The notes under the pieces are model-generated. The model searched no databases. It worked only from the letters and a program-made list of their open reading frames with translations, and was not told where the DNA came from. A stretch of 64,000 bases of DNA from Bacteroidota bacterium. GTDB taxonomy: Bacteria; Bacteroidota; Bacteroidia; Flavobacteriales_D; Crocinitomicaceae. The stretch covers positions 39,951-103,950 of the forward strand of contig JACPUU010000015.1 in NCBI GenBank assembly GCA_016192075.1. Reading direction: 5' to 3'. This document shows, piece by piece, positions 18,419 through 28,194 of this stretch (positions are counted from its first letter, which is position 1; each line of letters begins with the position of its first letter). Made by a program: the position numbers and the translations under genes.

Positions 18419-18887
18419 GCTTGTTCAGCATCTTGCTGCGCTTAAATCACAACACAAAAAAATTGTTTTTACCAACGGATGTTTTGACATTCTTCACAAA
18501 GGGCATGTACAGTATTTAAGTCTGGCAGCAGATTTGGGAGATGTGCTGGTGGTGGGGTTAAACAGTGATGCTTCTGTTAAACGTCAGGGCAAGGGAGATG
18601 ACCGCCCCGTAAATAATTCAGACGCGCGCGCACTGGTGCTTGCAGGACTTGGTTTTGTAAGTTTTGTAGTTGAATTTGACGATAACACACCGCTTAAACT
18701 GATAGAAACAATAGTACCGGATGTACTTGTAAAAGGGGGTGATTATGATCCCCAGGAAACTGAACCCGGTTCAAAGAAATACATTGTTGGCCGTGATGTT
18801 GTGTTAAAAAATAACGGAAGAGTTGAAGTGATAGACCTGGTGCAGGGTTTTTCAACTACTTCCATCATTCAAAAACTAAAAAAATGA
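18372..18887 (+). CDS. D-glycero-beta-D-manno-heptose 1-phosphate adenylyltransferase (RfaE domain II-type cytidylyltransferase)
   Basis: [21 protein letters not shown] nucleotidyltransferase motif and a VKGGDY segment. The start is uncertain (18345, 18354 or 18372). All candidate starts overlap the upstream gene by 47-74 nt. Confidence 0.75.
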   Translation: MSHLYQLQKKIVSLNELVQHLAALKSQHKKIVFTNGCFDILHKGHVQYLSLAADLGDVLVVGLNSDASVKRQGKGDDRPVNNSDARALVLAGLGFVSFVVEFDDNTPLKLIETIVPDVLVKGGDYDPQETEPGSKKYIVGRDVVLKNNGRVEVIDLVQGFSTTSIIQKLKK

Positions 18888-19213
18888 CCATTTCAGAAGC
18901 CCAGAAACTTGTAGATGACTGGATTAAAACATACGGTGTCCGCTATTTCAATGAATTAACCAACATGGCCCAGCTTACTGAAGAGGTAGGTGAGGTTGCG
19001 CGTATTATTGCACGCCGTTATGGTGAACAGTCAGAGAAAGAATCAGACAAAGCAAAAGACCTGGGTGATGAAATGGCTGATGTTTTATGGGTACTAATCT
19101 GTCTTGCCAATCAAACCGGTATTAACCTGGAAGAAGCGCTGAAAAAAAACCTGGACAAAAAAACAAAACGCGACAGCACCAGGCATTTGGATAACGATAA
19201 ATTGAAGGGTTAG
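18884..19213 (+). CDS. MazG-like nucleotide pyrophosphohydrolase
   Basis: 109 aa. [12 protein letters not shown] and [26 protein letters not shown] (EExxE...D motif). ATGA overlap with the upstream stop. Confidence 0.75.
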   Translation: MTISEAQKLVDDWIKTYGVRYFNELTNMAQLTEEVGEVARIIARRYGEQSEKESDKAKDLGDEMADVLWVLICLANQTGINLEEALKKNLDKKTKRDSTRHLDNDKLKG

Positions 19214-19374
19214 GATTTAGCTCTTAGGAGTTAGAACCAGAGCCGAATAATTCTAAAGCCTGATTTTCTTTCATGATTTTTTGGATGTGGTTATAAAAAG
19301 CTGAAAGAGCGTTTTATAATTTAGCATCAGCCCATAAAATCACTAACTCCTAAATCCTAAGCGTTAACTCCTTA
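19210..19374. repeat. five copies of an 11-mer TTAGGA(G/T)TTAG arranged as inverted groups around a 108-nt AT-rich spacer
   Basis: Direct copies at 19210-19220 and 19224-19234. Exact reverse complements at 19343-19353 and 19350-19360. A variant reverse copy at 19364-19374. An inner 8-bp palindrome TTATAAAA/TTTTATAA lies at 19291-19298 / 19312-19319. Confidence 0.7.
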
Positions 19375-19385
19375 TCAAAAAAGAA

Positions 19386-19393
19386 TATCTTTG
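19386..19393 (+). promoter_or_regulatory. putative -7 box (TATCTTTG) upstream of tyrS
   Basis: Matches TAnnTTTG 17 nt upstream of the tyrS ATG. Confidence 0.4.
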
Positions 19394-19409
19394 CTGAAAA
19401 AGCACACCC

Positions 19410-20690
19410 ATGCCAACCAATTTTGTTGAAGAACTCCGCTGGAGAGGAATGTTACAGGATATAATGCCCGGAACGGAAGAATTACTTTCAAAAGAAGTGG
19501 TAACCGGGTATGTTGGTTTTGATCCAACGGCTGATTCGCTGCATTGCGGAAGTCTTGTTCCAATCATGTTGCTGGTTCATCTCCAGCGCGCGGGACACAG
19601 ACCCATTGCATTGGTGGGTGGCGCAACCGGTATGGTGGGTGATCCGTCCGGAAAATCAGACGAACGTAATTTACTGGACGAAAACACGCTGGCAAAAAAC
19701 ATTGCAGGCGTTCGTGCGCAGCTTGAAAAATTCCTGGATTTTAATTCAAAAGAAAACGGGGCACTGTTGGTTAATAATTACGACTGGATGAAGAATTTTT
19801 CATTCCTTCATTTTATTCGTGATGTGGGCAAACACATTACCGTAAACTATATGGCCGCCAAAGATTCGGTGAAAAAAAGAATGGAAACAGGTATTTCATT
19901 TACCGAGTTTTCATACCAGCTTTTGCAGGGATACGATTTCCTTCATCTTTACAAAGAAACCGGTTGCAAATTGCAAATGGGCGGCAGTGATCAATGGGGC
20001 AATATTACAACAGGTACAGAGTTAATTCGAAGAATTGAAGGCGGTGAGGCTTTTGCTTTTACCTGTCCGTTAATGACCAAAGCAGACGGTACCAAATTTG
20101 GAAAAACCGAAAGCGGCACAGTCTGGCTTGATCCTGAAAAAACATCACCGTATGCGTTTTACCAGTTTTGGTATCGTTCAACCGACGCAGACGCACCTAA
20201 GTATATCAGAACATTTACACTGTTGTCGAAAGAAGAGATTGAGGTAATAGAAGCAGAACATGCTCAGGCGCCGGATAGAAATATGCTTCAAAAGCGTCTT
20301 GCAGAAGAAGTAACACTGATGGTTCATGGGCGTGAAGCCCTTGATACGGCACTTGCGGCCACCAATATACTCTTTGGAAAATCAACGTCAGATGATTTGA
20401 TGAAACTGAATGAAAAGCAGTTTCTTGAAATTTTTGAAGGTGTTCCGCAGGCAAAAGTCCTCCGCGCTGAGGTGGAATCAGGCCTGGGAATTGTAGATGC
20501 ATTGGGTGCAAAAACCAACTTTCTGGCATCAAACAGCGAGGCACGCCGTGAACTGAAAGGCAATGCCATTACTGTAAATAAAGAAAAAGTAGGAGAGGAG
20601 TTTGTAATCAAACCTGAACACCTGATCAACAATAAATTTGTTTTGTTGGGTAAGGGAAAAAAGAACAACTACCTGGTGGTGGTGGAATAA
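19410..20690 (+). CDS. tyrS: tyrosine--tRNA ligase
   Basis: 426 aa. [14 protein letters not shown] (HIGH-type motif), KFGKTE (KMSKS-type motif), and a C-terminal S4-like domain. Confidence 0.95.
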   Translation: MPTNFVEELRWRGMLQDIMPGTEELLSKEVVTGYVGFDPTADSLHCGSLVPIMLLVHLQRAGHRPIALVGGATGMVGDPSGKSDERNLLDENTLAKNIAGVRAQLEKFLDFNSKENGALLVNNYDWMKNFSFLHFIRDVGKHITVNYMAAKDSVKKRMETGISFTEFSYQLLQGYDFLHLYKETGCKLQMGGSDQWGNITTGTELIRRIEGGEAFAFTCPLMTKADGTKFGKTESGTVWLDPEKTSPYAFYQFWYRSTDADAPKYIRTFTLLSKEEIEVIEAEHAQAPDRNMLQKRLAEEVTLMVHGREALDTALAATNILFGKSTSDDLMKLNEKQFLEIFEGVPQAKVLRAEVESGLGIVDALGAKTNFLASNSEARRELKGNAITVNKEKVGEEFVIKPEHLINNKFVLLGKGKKNNYLVVVE

Positions 20691-20735
20691 CTTTTTTGCA
20701 TACCCGATAATTACTGAAAAACTAAAAACCTGCCT

Positions 20736-21155
20736 ATGAAAAGCGCCCTGTTTATCCTGATTCTCTCCACGGTTTTAATATCCTGCAATGAACTGGACGT
20801 GATTAAATATGAATACCGCTCCACCACCATGATGGGAAAAACCAGTGTAATTATTACAGCTGATTCTGTGGTGACAACATTTAACGGCCGCGGAGAACCA
20901 ACGCGCACGGCCCGCGCTACTGAACCATCTGAATGGGCAGGCCTGGCAAACAGCATCAAAGAAGTTGACCTGGGTAAAATAGCAACACTTGAGGCACCTA
21001 CAAACAAACGTGCAACTGATGCTGCACCGTATGGTACACTTATTATTTCAACCAAAGATTCGGTTTATACCTCTGCCTCGTTTGATGGCAAAAATCCGCA
21101 CACCATGCTTCAGCCCCTCATGGAGGAGATTGTCAAAATCTGGGAGAAAAAATAA
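20736..21155 (+). CDS. hypothetical lipoprotein
   Basis: 139 aa with lipobox LSTVLISC. No recognisable family. Confidence 0.4.
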   Translation: MKSALFILILSTVLISCNELDVIKYEYRSTTMMGKTSVIITADSVVTTFNGRGEPTRTARATEPSEWAGLANSIKEVDLGKIATLEAPTNKRATDAAPYGTLIISTKDSVYTSASFDGKNPHTMLQPLMEEIVKIWEKK

Positions 21156-21188
21156 TTTCAGGGAAGAGCCAGAAGGACAAAGGAAAGA

Positions 21189-21212
21189 GGGATAGCAAAA
21201 ATGCTATTTCCC
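21189..21212. terminator. hairpin between convergent genes (GGGATAGCA-AAAA-TGCTATTTCCC), nested in an outer inverted repeat
   Basis: 9-bp stem with a 2-nt bulge. A T-rich run follows on the minus strand. The outer arms are GGGAAGAGCCA (21161-21171) and TGGCTCTT..CTTCCC (21223-21240). Confidence 0.45.
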
Positions 21213-21240
21213 GTTTCGCTAATGGCTCTTGCCGCTTCCC

Positions 21241-21480
21241 TTAAGACTCATGCCGCCAGACGGTGACTTTGTCTGCCACTTCAAATTTGTATCCAAGATC
21301 TTTCATGGTTGAAACCACTTTTTTGGATGATAACCGGGGCCCGCTGACAAGCATCATAAACCGTTTCTGAATGGCATCAAATTCAACCCGCGCTCCTTTG
21401 AAATAAAGGGGCAGAATGTTGGCCAGCGTCATGGCTGCTTTTAGTCTTTTTATATTGGTTTTGAAAAGTATTGTTTTCAT
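21241..21480 (-). CDS. small hypothetical protein, possibly a cysteine-less HMA (ferredoxin-like) fold
   Basis: 79 aa. MKTILFKTNIKRLKAAM ... VSGPRLSSKKVVSTMKDLGYKFEV follows the pattern of Bacteroidota heavy-metal-associated proteins (MKTxKFKTNINCGGC...). KRLK replaces the CxxC motif. Confidence 0.3.
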   Translation of the reverse strand: MKTILFKTNIKRLKAAMTLANILPLYFKGARVEFDAIQKRFMMLVSGPRLSSKKVVSTMKDLGYKFEVADKVTVWRHES

Positions 21481-21593
21481 AAAATAAAGTCTGTAGAACT
21501 ATAGACGAAAAGCGCGAAAGTATATTTTAGGGAAAATCTTAAAATAACTTAAATCGGAAAAAAAGGAGTCGTGCGCGACAATTACAGGAGATA

Positions 21594-22595
21594 TCACTGT
21601 CTTATTTTATAAGCACCTAAATATAATCTGTAGGAAAAATAAAACATCGGCCACGAGCGATCGATGTTGGAGAACGTTTCAATAAAAATAGGACCTTTAA
21701 TTCCCAATTCAATGTTCCAGGTATCCTGATATTTTTTCAGAATATCTTCACTTTCATACATAAAGTACCAGCCTAAACAAAAGCCGAACGGAATTTTGGC
21801 AGCTTCTTGGATTTCACGGCTTTTTCCTTTATAACTAATCGGGTAGTAGCCGTAGTTCATTACCGGAAACAGGATGTGGGAGTAGAACGATCTGTTATAA
21901 CGGGTTTGTTTTGGTTGCGAGTCCGCCAGCCGGGCCTCAAATTTAACAAACCGACGTGACATTAGGCCAATCTGAATTCCTTGTGAAAAAAATGGAACTC
22001 CTTCTACGGAAACTTGGCTACTGGCTGAATATCCAAAGGAAAAACCAAGTTGTTTGGTCATAGGAGCCCTCTGATCAATTTGATAATATGTACCTGACCC
22101 ATAACCTACTGTCATTCGTTGTGTTTTTTTTGGATAAAATACTTGCGTATTTTTATACTTGATAAAAGACAGTCTGAATTCAGAACTGAGTGGTAAATTT
22201 GGTATATCCATATGATAAAGGTCATATACATTACCAAAATTGAAGACAATTGTGGTGGCAAAGTTTTGTTTTCGTTGTCGGTACCGAAAATAGGAAATAT
22301 CAATCCGTGACTGCGGAAAGCCAATGGTTCCGCTCATAATAGCAGGAACTGTTATTCCATACATGGTAAAAAGTTTGGGTTCCAAATCAAACTTCTGATA
22401 AAGAGTACTCTGGTAAATTGGGAGTTCTTCAACTGATTCGATTGTAACAGGAACTGTGTCGTAATATATCCACTGTTCTGTTTGCCCATATAGATAAGGG
22501 TTGCAGTTCATAAAAAAAAACAGTAAGGACAATGGTAGAAGATTGCGTTTGCCAACATTATTGAAGTAACTGACAAAAATATCTTTTCTGATCAT
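21594..22595 (-). CDS. hypothetical protein, possible outer-membrane beta-barrel
   Basis: 333 aa. Hydrophobic N-terminal segment, and an aromatic-rich alternating pattern throughout. ATGA overlap with the upstream phosphatase gene. Confidence 0.35.
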   Translation of the reverse strand: MIRKDIFVSYFNNVGKRNLLPLSLLFFFMNCNPYLYGQTEQWIYYDTVPVTIESVEELPIYQSTLYQKFDLEPKLFTMYGITVPAIMSGTIGFPQSRIDISYFRYRQRKQNFATTIVFNFGNVYDLYHMDIPNLPLSSEFRLSFIKYKNTQVFYPKKTQRMTVGYGSGTYYQIDQRAPMTKQLGFSFGYSASSQVSVEGVPFFSQGIQIGLMSRRFVKFEARLADSQPKQTRYNRSFYSHILFPVMNYGYYPISYKGKSREIQEAAKIPFGFCLGWYFMYESEDILKKYQDTWNIELGIKGPIFIETFSNIDRSWPMFYFSYRLYLGAYKIRQ

Positions 22596-23338
22596 AAGAA
22601 TTTATTCAGTAGCTGTTCCTGCGCTGTTACTTTGTGAAAATGTGGATTTGTGCGCAATGATTCCATCATCTGCAGGTGACCAATGTGGTGACAGTCTGAT
22701 CCAATAACATCAATCCACCCTCGGTCAATCAGCAGTTCGGCCATTTTTTTAACCGGCGGACCATAATGTCCTGAAAGGGAATTTATATTGAGCTGCAGTA
22801 AAACCCCGCGCTCCCTGAAATCATCAATTCTATCCCAGGCCAGGCTGTAGAATGGATACCGTTCAACGTGTGCCAGAATGGGTTTGTATCCTTCTGTAAT
22901 CAGGTTGAATATGGTTTCTTTAACACGCGGCGGCTCATCGTTAAAAGAAAGTTCAAACAAAACATAATTTTGTCCAAACGTGAGCACCTGTTTCTTTTTA
23001 ATCAGCTCGTCAAAATGAAAATCAAGGTAGTATTCAGCGGCTGCTTCCAGTTGAATGGTGAGTCCTTCCCGCTGCATTGCTTCCCGCACTTTTTCCAGTC
23101 CGCCCAAAATAATTTCAGGCGTATTCTTATAAAAATCACTCATAACATGCGGTGTTGTTATGACTTTCTGGTATCCCATTTCCTGGAATTTGCGCAGCAG
23201 GCTCAGCGAATCGTCCATTGATTTTGAACCATCATCAATGCCAGGTATCAGGTGACTGTGCATATCGGTTTTGATCACTGAAAAATCGAGCGGATTCAAT
23301 TTTGGTTGTGAACCGAATATTTTTTTGAGGAAGCTCAT
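22592..23338 (-). CDS. CpsB/CapC-type PHP-domain protein-tyrosine phosphatase
   Basis: The metal-binding motifs appear intact: DMHSHLIPGIDDG, ITTPH, LAHVERY, GSDCHH. ATG 23338 (MSFLKKIF) is preferred over 23374. Confidence 0.8.
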   Translation of the reverse strand: MSFLKKIFGSQPKLNPLDFSVIKTDMHSHLIPGIDDGSKSMDDSLSLLRKFQEMGYQKVITTPHVMSDFYKNTPEIILGGLEKVREAMQREGLTIQLEAAAEYYLDFHFDELIKKKQVLTFGQNYVLFELSFNDEPPRVKETIFNLITEGYKPILAHVERYPFYSLAWDRIDDFRERGVLLQLNINSLSGHYGPPVKKMAELLIDRGWIDVIGSDCHHIGHLQMMESLRTNPHFHKVTAQEQLLNKFL

Positions 23339-23428
23339 ACAGATGTATTTAGGGTACAGTTGAAAACCAGACAATTCAATTACTCAAAGATATTGAATTA
23401 CCTGTGACACTTATTGGTCTGCACCTAA

Positions 23429-26400
23429 TTATTGGTAAGGTTCAAATATTGCAGAACCGGTTGTAGTATAGTAACCAAATGAATTAAAGAATCTTACCTG
23501 AATAAATCCGCGGTCAATTATAAGATTGTGATAACGTATGGGAACAATTGTGTCTCCTGCTGCATTATAGATTCCCTGATGCGTGCGTTCATAAAGAATA
23601 TACAGACCAGAGTTTACAGGAGTAACATTTTGAAACGACAGACTTTTGTTCAGAAAGCCGCTATACAAGTAATCCTGCCCACCGTGTTTCACCACCAATG
23701 TGCTCTTGCTGTAGCCTTTATAGTCCTGAAATTTTGCAGGAATGACCCGTTCACCATTCAGGTAAAACAAATCATGCTCCTGATCGTGCGTGGTCTTAAA
23801 AAAGTTAGTGTTATATGGTTCAATGTCATCATAGATGCATGGGATAATCTGACGACCCAAGGTATCATACAAACCAATACCATCAGCTTTGTAGAAGATG
23901 TAATAGTCCTTTTTTCGCTGGTACCGCGTAAACTGTTCTTCATCCAGTAGATTCCCGTTGAGATCAATTCGTATCCAGGTTCGTTTATCCAATTGTGCAA
24001 GGGCCCAATTGTTAGGTTGAAAATCGATATTCATGTATGTAGGTTGAACAAGGGTGTCACCAGAGTGGCTGATGAGTCCAAGTCTTTCAAATTGATCCTG
24101 GAAGACATAACAACCCGGGCCAATTTTTATTACACCGTTCAGCGCCTTACTTACATATTTTTGAGTTTTTAATGAAAAAATGCGGGATGTTTTGTCGGCG
24201 GCTAAAAGTATTGTCTCGTCTTCCAGGCAATAAGAAGTGATAGTACTTCTTTTGGGTAGCTTAAGTGGCAGGATTTTACTAAAGGCCTGTATCTTTTTTG
24301 CATGATCGCGGTAAAAAATATAATTCTGATTTGTTGCAAGTACTTCATCGCACACCGAAGTACTAAGGAGTGTGTCGCCTTGGGAGGAAACAACCAGGGA
24401 GCCTTTGCTCTGAATAATCTCAAAACAACCATAGCCCAGATAGTTGATATCTTTGGCTTTGTAACCCTGTAAGATTTCTTGCCCGTTTAAATCAAGAGCT
24501 GATTTTTTACCACGGGAAGTCACCAGGGCATATCCATCCTCAAAGGGTGATACATATTGAAATTTGAATTCTGTAAGGGCATTGAGATTTGTGTCGGTAA
24601 GGGCATAATTACCCGCTTTGTTCTTTGCAAACCAGCGTCCATGGCAGTAGTACTGAGTTTGTACAATATCAGTTTTGGTGAGATTTCCTGATGAACGCTG
24701 ATAGGTATAGGTATTGGAAACCGGGTTGGCCACTTTAAAAAACTGACCCGTATCAATAAAAAATTCTTCCACACTTTGATATTGAATCGGTACAATCTCT
24801 TTCATGGTGCTGTCTACCACGCCCCATTTCCCGTTGCGCATGACAATAGACCGGTTGTGATGGAAGGGACGAACAAAATCAAATGGTTTTTCGTTCATTT
24901 TTTTGCCGGCGGCATTCACAAAATACCAGTCGCCGTTTTCAATGGAAAAATAGTTTTCATTTTTAGCTACATTGATGTAATTGATTCCCAAATCATTCAT
25001 AAACTCCGAGGTTCCGCAAGGTGTCAGACTTGTTTTGTATTTTTGCATGGCATAAGTTCCACCCTCACAAATGATTGTACTATTTTCATGATAATCTCCC
25101 ACATAGAGAAGACTGTCAAAAACAACCTCACCTTTGCGGTTTAAAAGAACCGGAAATTTTGTGACTCCTCGTGCCAGGGTATATTTATTGAAGTCTGTAT
25201 AAACAATACTTTGAAACAAAACATTTGGCAGTAACTTTTTAGCTACATGATCTGCCAGGCGAAAATATCCGAGGCTTACGCCAAAAGTACCGGTGCTCAT
25301 AAAATATGCAGCCCCGCTGGTCATGATTTGGGTCCGTTCCTGCGCTCTTTCAGGATTAAGAATTTTCTGACGATAACACTCTGTCCATCCAATGTTGTTA
25401 CGTACATAAATGTCTGCAAATCTAGGTTGGATGGCAATTGAATCAGCGTCATACCGTAATCCCCAATTTCCTTTTATAATATGTACTGAATCTTTGATAA
25501 TGCGTTCTGTGGTTTGCTGGAACCAGCCCAGTTGTTCATACCCGCTGCGTGATGATTCAAGACCATTACCTGAAAAGTTAAGATCTTTTATTTGCTGCCT
25601 AGGAAATTTAACCTCGTCAAAGGATATAGTCATGTAATCCGTATAACTGGTCTCTCCCTGTACAGTGCCTGAGGCATCAATGTTTAAAAGGTCAAGTTGT
25701 TTTCCTTTAAAGCATTTGACATTTTTTTCATATACTCTGATATCGTTATAAACACATTCGCGAATTATTTTTCCGCTTCTGTCAACAAGACCAAACAGAC
25801 CTTTTTTTTCAACCAGGTATAAATTGTCGTAAGCCACAACACTATTGTATACAGGTGCCAGAATTTGTTCACCGTTTCTGCTTAGTATTCCGTAGTTACC
25901 ATTCAGCCGGGTATAAAAAACACCATCGTTCTGACTGATGCCATCGTAGGCGGCTTCAGCTATCAGTATTTCTTTTTCAAGATCCCAGATACCGGTTTTA
26001 TCACTATTCAAGAAATAGAGATATGGATAATTGACTGATACAATATCATCCAGTTCCGGTAACGGATATTTTCTGTTTTTATCTGCCTGGAAAAGATAAT
26101 TTATCCCTGACCTGCGCAAAATGAAAAAAGCATTAAACGCATGTGTGATCTGGTCGTATTTTTCAGTGATAAACTGTCCCGTTTCAAGATTGGCAAGCTG
26201 CTCACCATTTTTGGAGCGGCAGATCATATACCCGATTTCAACAGTTTGAAAACCACTCAGACCTTGTGCCAGTATAGTTAGGTCAGAAGGTTGCAACAGA
26301 TCCAGTGTCAGGTTTGAACGCATAGCGACCAGGTAGCCTGACATCACTGAAACCGTTCTGTACCAGTTTTGGGAGCGTGTTTGTTTTTCTGTATGAAAAA

Positions 26401-26800
26401 GCTGAATACTGTCAGCACGCTGTAGTTTAAGTACCTGTGCTGACAACATAGAGATGGAATCAAACTCATGTTTGAGAACAGGCGTATCCAGTTTATAAAG
26501 CCCCCATTGCAGGTCAGTGGCATAAGCAATCCACAGCGTATCTAGGAAATGGAAATTGGTATAAATTGGTTCTGACAGAATCGTTCCATCCTGATCGATC
26601 AACCCCATTCTTGTATCTTTGTAATAAATGAATTTTTTGCCCTGCCGGTTGTATTCAATATAATCATAGGTGGGGGAAAGTATTACCATGCCCTGCCTGG
26701 TAACAAGTCCCCATTTCCCGTTTTTTGCAACCGGAAAAAGGGTTTCTGCCATCAAGGAAAATGTTAACCCAAGTGCTATGATTAAACAGATAATACGCAC
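23429..26800 (-). CDS. WG (KWG) repeat-containing secreted protein
   Basis: 1123 aa with a GTG start at 26800 and the signal peptide MRIICLIIALGLTFSLMA. Many repeats of the type NGKWGLV, GLFGLVDRSGKII, NGKWGVVDSTMKEIVP and GIGLYDTLGRQIIP. Confidence 0.75.
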   Translation of the reverse strand: MRIICLIIALGLTFSLMAETLFPVAKNGKWGLVTRQGMVILSPTYDYIEYNRQGKKFIYYKDTRMGLIDQDGTILSEPIYTNFHFLDTLWIAYATDLQWGLYKLDTPVLKHEFDSISMLSAQVLKLQRADSIQLFHTEKQTRSQNWYRTVSVMSGYLVAMRSNLTLDLLQPSDLTILAQGLSGFQTVEIGYMICRSKNGEQLANLETGQFITEKYDQITHAFNAFFILRRSGINYLFQADKNRKYPLPELDDIVSVNYPYLYFLNSDKTGIWDLEKEILIAEAAYDGISQNDGVFYTRLNGNYGILSRNGEQILAPVYNSVVAYDNLYLVEKKGLFGLVDRSGKIIRECVYNDIRVYEKNVKCFKGKQLDLLNIDASGTVQGETSYTDYMTISFDEVKFPRQQIKDLNFSGNGLESSRSGYEQLGWFQQTTERIIKDSVHIIKGNWGLRYDADSIAIQPRFADIYVRNNIGWTECYRQKILNPERAQERTQIMTSGAAYFMSTGTFGVSLGYFRLADHVAKKLLPNVLFQSIVYTDFNKYTLARGVTKFPVLLNRKGEVVFDSLLYVGDYHENSTIICEGGTYAMQKYKTSLTPCGTSEFMNDLGINYINVAKNENYFSIENGDWYFVNAAGKKMNEKPFDFVRPFHHNRSIVMRNGKWGVVDSTMKEIVPIQYQSVEEFFIDTGQFFKVANPVSNTYTYQRSSGNLTKTDIVQTQYYCHGRWFAKNKAGNYALTDTNLNALTEFKFQYVSPFEDGYALVTSRGKKSALDLNGQEILQGYKAKDINYLGYGCFEIIQSKGSLVVSSQGDTLLSTSVCDEVLATNQNYIFYRDHAKKIQAFSKILPLKLPKRSTITSYCLEDETILLAADKTSRIFSLKTQKYVSKALNGVIKIGPGCYVFQDQFERLGLISHSGDTLVQPTYMNIDFQPNNWALAQLDKRTWIRIDLNGNLLDEEQFTRYQRKKDYYIFYKADGIGLYDTLGRQIIPCIYDDIEPYNTNFFKTTHDQEHDLFYLNGERVIPAKFQDYKGYSKSTLVVKHGGQDYLYSGFLNKSLSFQNVTPVNSGLYILYERTHQGIYNAAGDTIVPIRYHNLIIDRGFIQVRFFNSFGYYTTTGSAIFEPYQ

Positions 26801-26803
26801 AGG

Positions 26804-28096
26804 TTAAAGTTCTGCAATGATACGTTCAAGATCTTGTTTGCTGGTTACTTTTTCGGGAAGTACTGTCATTTTGAAAGTGTACTTTTGCTTGCCATAGCTT
26901 TGTGCCAGATCGTTTTTGCAAACAGCGAGCTGGTTATCAGGTAGAATAGCAAGTACTTTTCCGTCTTGTTTTTTATCCAGTGCAAACAGTTTCCATTGAT
27001 CCTGCGGGTAATTTACCACTACACCTGTTTCAGGATACATAACGAAAACCAGTGCATGTTCTTTGTCATTATTGCGCGTTCCAAAGTCAAAATCAGCTAC
27101 CATTGGCTGCGGGTCCTGCATAGAATGAATATAATCATAATTGTAAGTACCAAAATTTCCAATGGAAACAGAGCGGATATAAGGTTTTTGCAGGCGATCC
27201 ATTTTTTGAGCAATTTCTACCTTTTTTGTCTGAAAGGTGGACATGGCCTGGTCAAAATCATCTCCATTCAGAGCCGCCATTACTTTGGTAGTAAATGATT
27301 TGGTTTTGTTTTTCATAGTCAGCAAATATTCATATGCTTTTTCATAGGTAGGGGTGAGTTCAAAATCAGTCCATTTGGTAGAAGCAACTTCTTTATTATT
27401 ACGCGGATCAAGGCTGTCATGTTCACCCGTATATTCCCACACAATACCTGAAAAAACAGATAATTCACTGTAGCTTGAAAGGTCAAAATTCAGATCAAGC
27501 ACAAAAGCGCCGTTGGTTGCTTTTTTTGGCTCAATAGGCTTTACAGAAGGGTCATAGCGTTGGTTGGACAAAACAGGTTGTGGGGCGTGTTCATAGGTCC
27601 AGTGTCCGCTTTGCTCATTCATTTGGTAAAAATTAAAGGCCTCATCTTTGTCTGAAGCAAGGTTCACATTAATAGCTGCTCCGCTTTTAATGAAAACAGG
27701 TTTGTCCTGGCTTTCACCGTGAAGAGAGAACATACCAGCAGATTCAAAGTTATGTGAAGCACCCGCAGAATCATAGGTCATGGGAATACCTGATGCCAGT
27801 ATGTCTACCGCTGAATGATATTGTACAAAACTGATCTCAGAAGGCTCTGCAATGACATTTCCATCTGCATCAACCAGCGTGTTGGCTGGTATAACCACCG
27901 AACTTCCGTTGGGTGTTTCAACCCGGTTTTCAATGGTTGGGTCAATTACAAAAACGGTATCATTCTGAAAGTCGCCTTTTAACGGTGGATTGATAATGGA
28001 TGCAGTCAGGCTGTCAGACTCTGAACTGTTTTCACCTGTGCCTCCTGAACAGGAAAGCAAAAGCAAGGGAACTAAATAAGTAAAAACTTGTCTCAT
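26804..28096 (-). CDS. hypothetical lipoprotein
   Basis: 430 aa with lipobox LLLLSCSGG. No recognisable domain. A 3-nt gap separates it from the WG-repeat gene. Confidence 0.4.
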   Translation of the reverse strand: MRQVFTYLVPLLLLSCSGGTGENSSESDSLTASIINPPLKGDFQNDTVFVIDPTIENRVETPNGSSVVIPANTLVDADGNVIAEPSEISFVQYHSAVDILASGIPMTYDSAGASHNFESAGMFSLHGESQDKPVFIKSGAAINVNLASDKDEAFNFYQMNEQSGHWTYEHAPQPVLSNQRYDPSVKPIEPKKATNGAFVLDLNFDLSSYSELSVFSGIVWEYTGEHDSLDPRNNKEVASTKWTDFELTPTYEKAYEYLLTMKNKTKSFTTKVMAALNGDDFDQAMSTFQTKKVEIAQKMDRLQKPYIRSVSIGNFGTYNYDYIHSMQDPQPMVADFDFGTRNNDKEHALVFVMYPETGVVVNYPQDQWKLFALDKKQDGKVLAILPDNQLAVCKNDLAQSYGKQKYTFKMTVLPEKVTSKQDLERIIAEL

Positions 28097-28194
28097 AACA
28101 CTTGGTTTTTAGAATATAATGTAATGTTGTATGAAAGGTAACGATTTGATGTACTTCCTGAGGCTATTTCGTTATATTTATACACGTTAATTTT

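Noticed and set aside
19214-19409. Possible T-box or other riboswitch leader upstream of tyrS.
   Set aside because: I found no T-box core (no conserved GGUGGUACCGCG-like segment, AG bulge or specifier-loop architecture). T-boxes are also not expected in Bacteroidota. The structure is better described by the 11-mer repeats.
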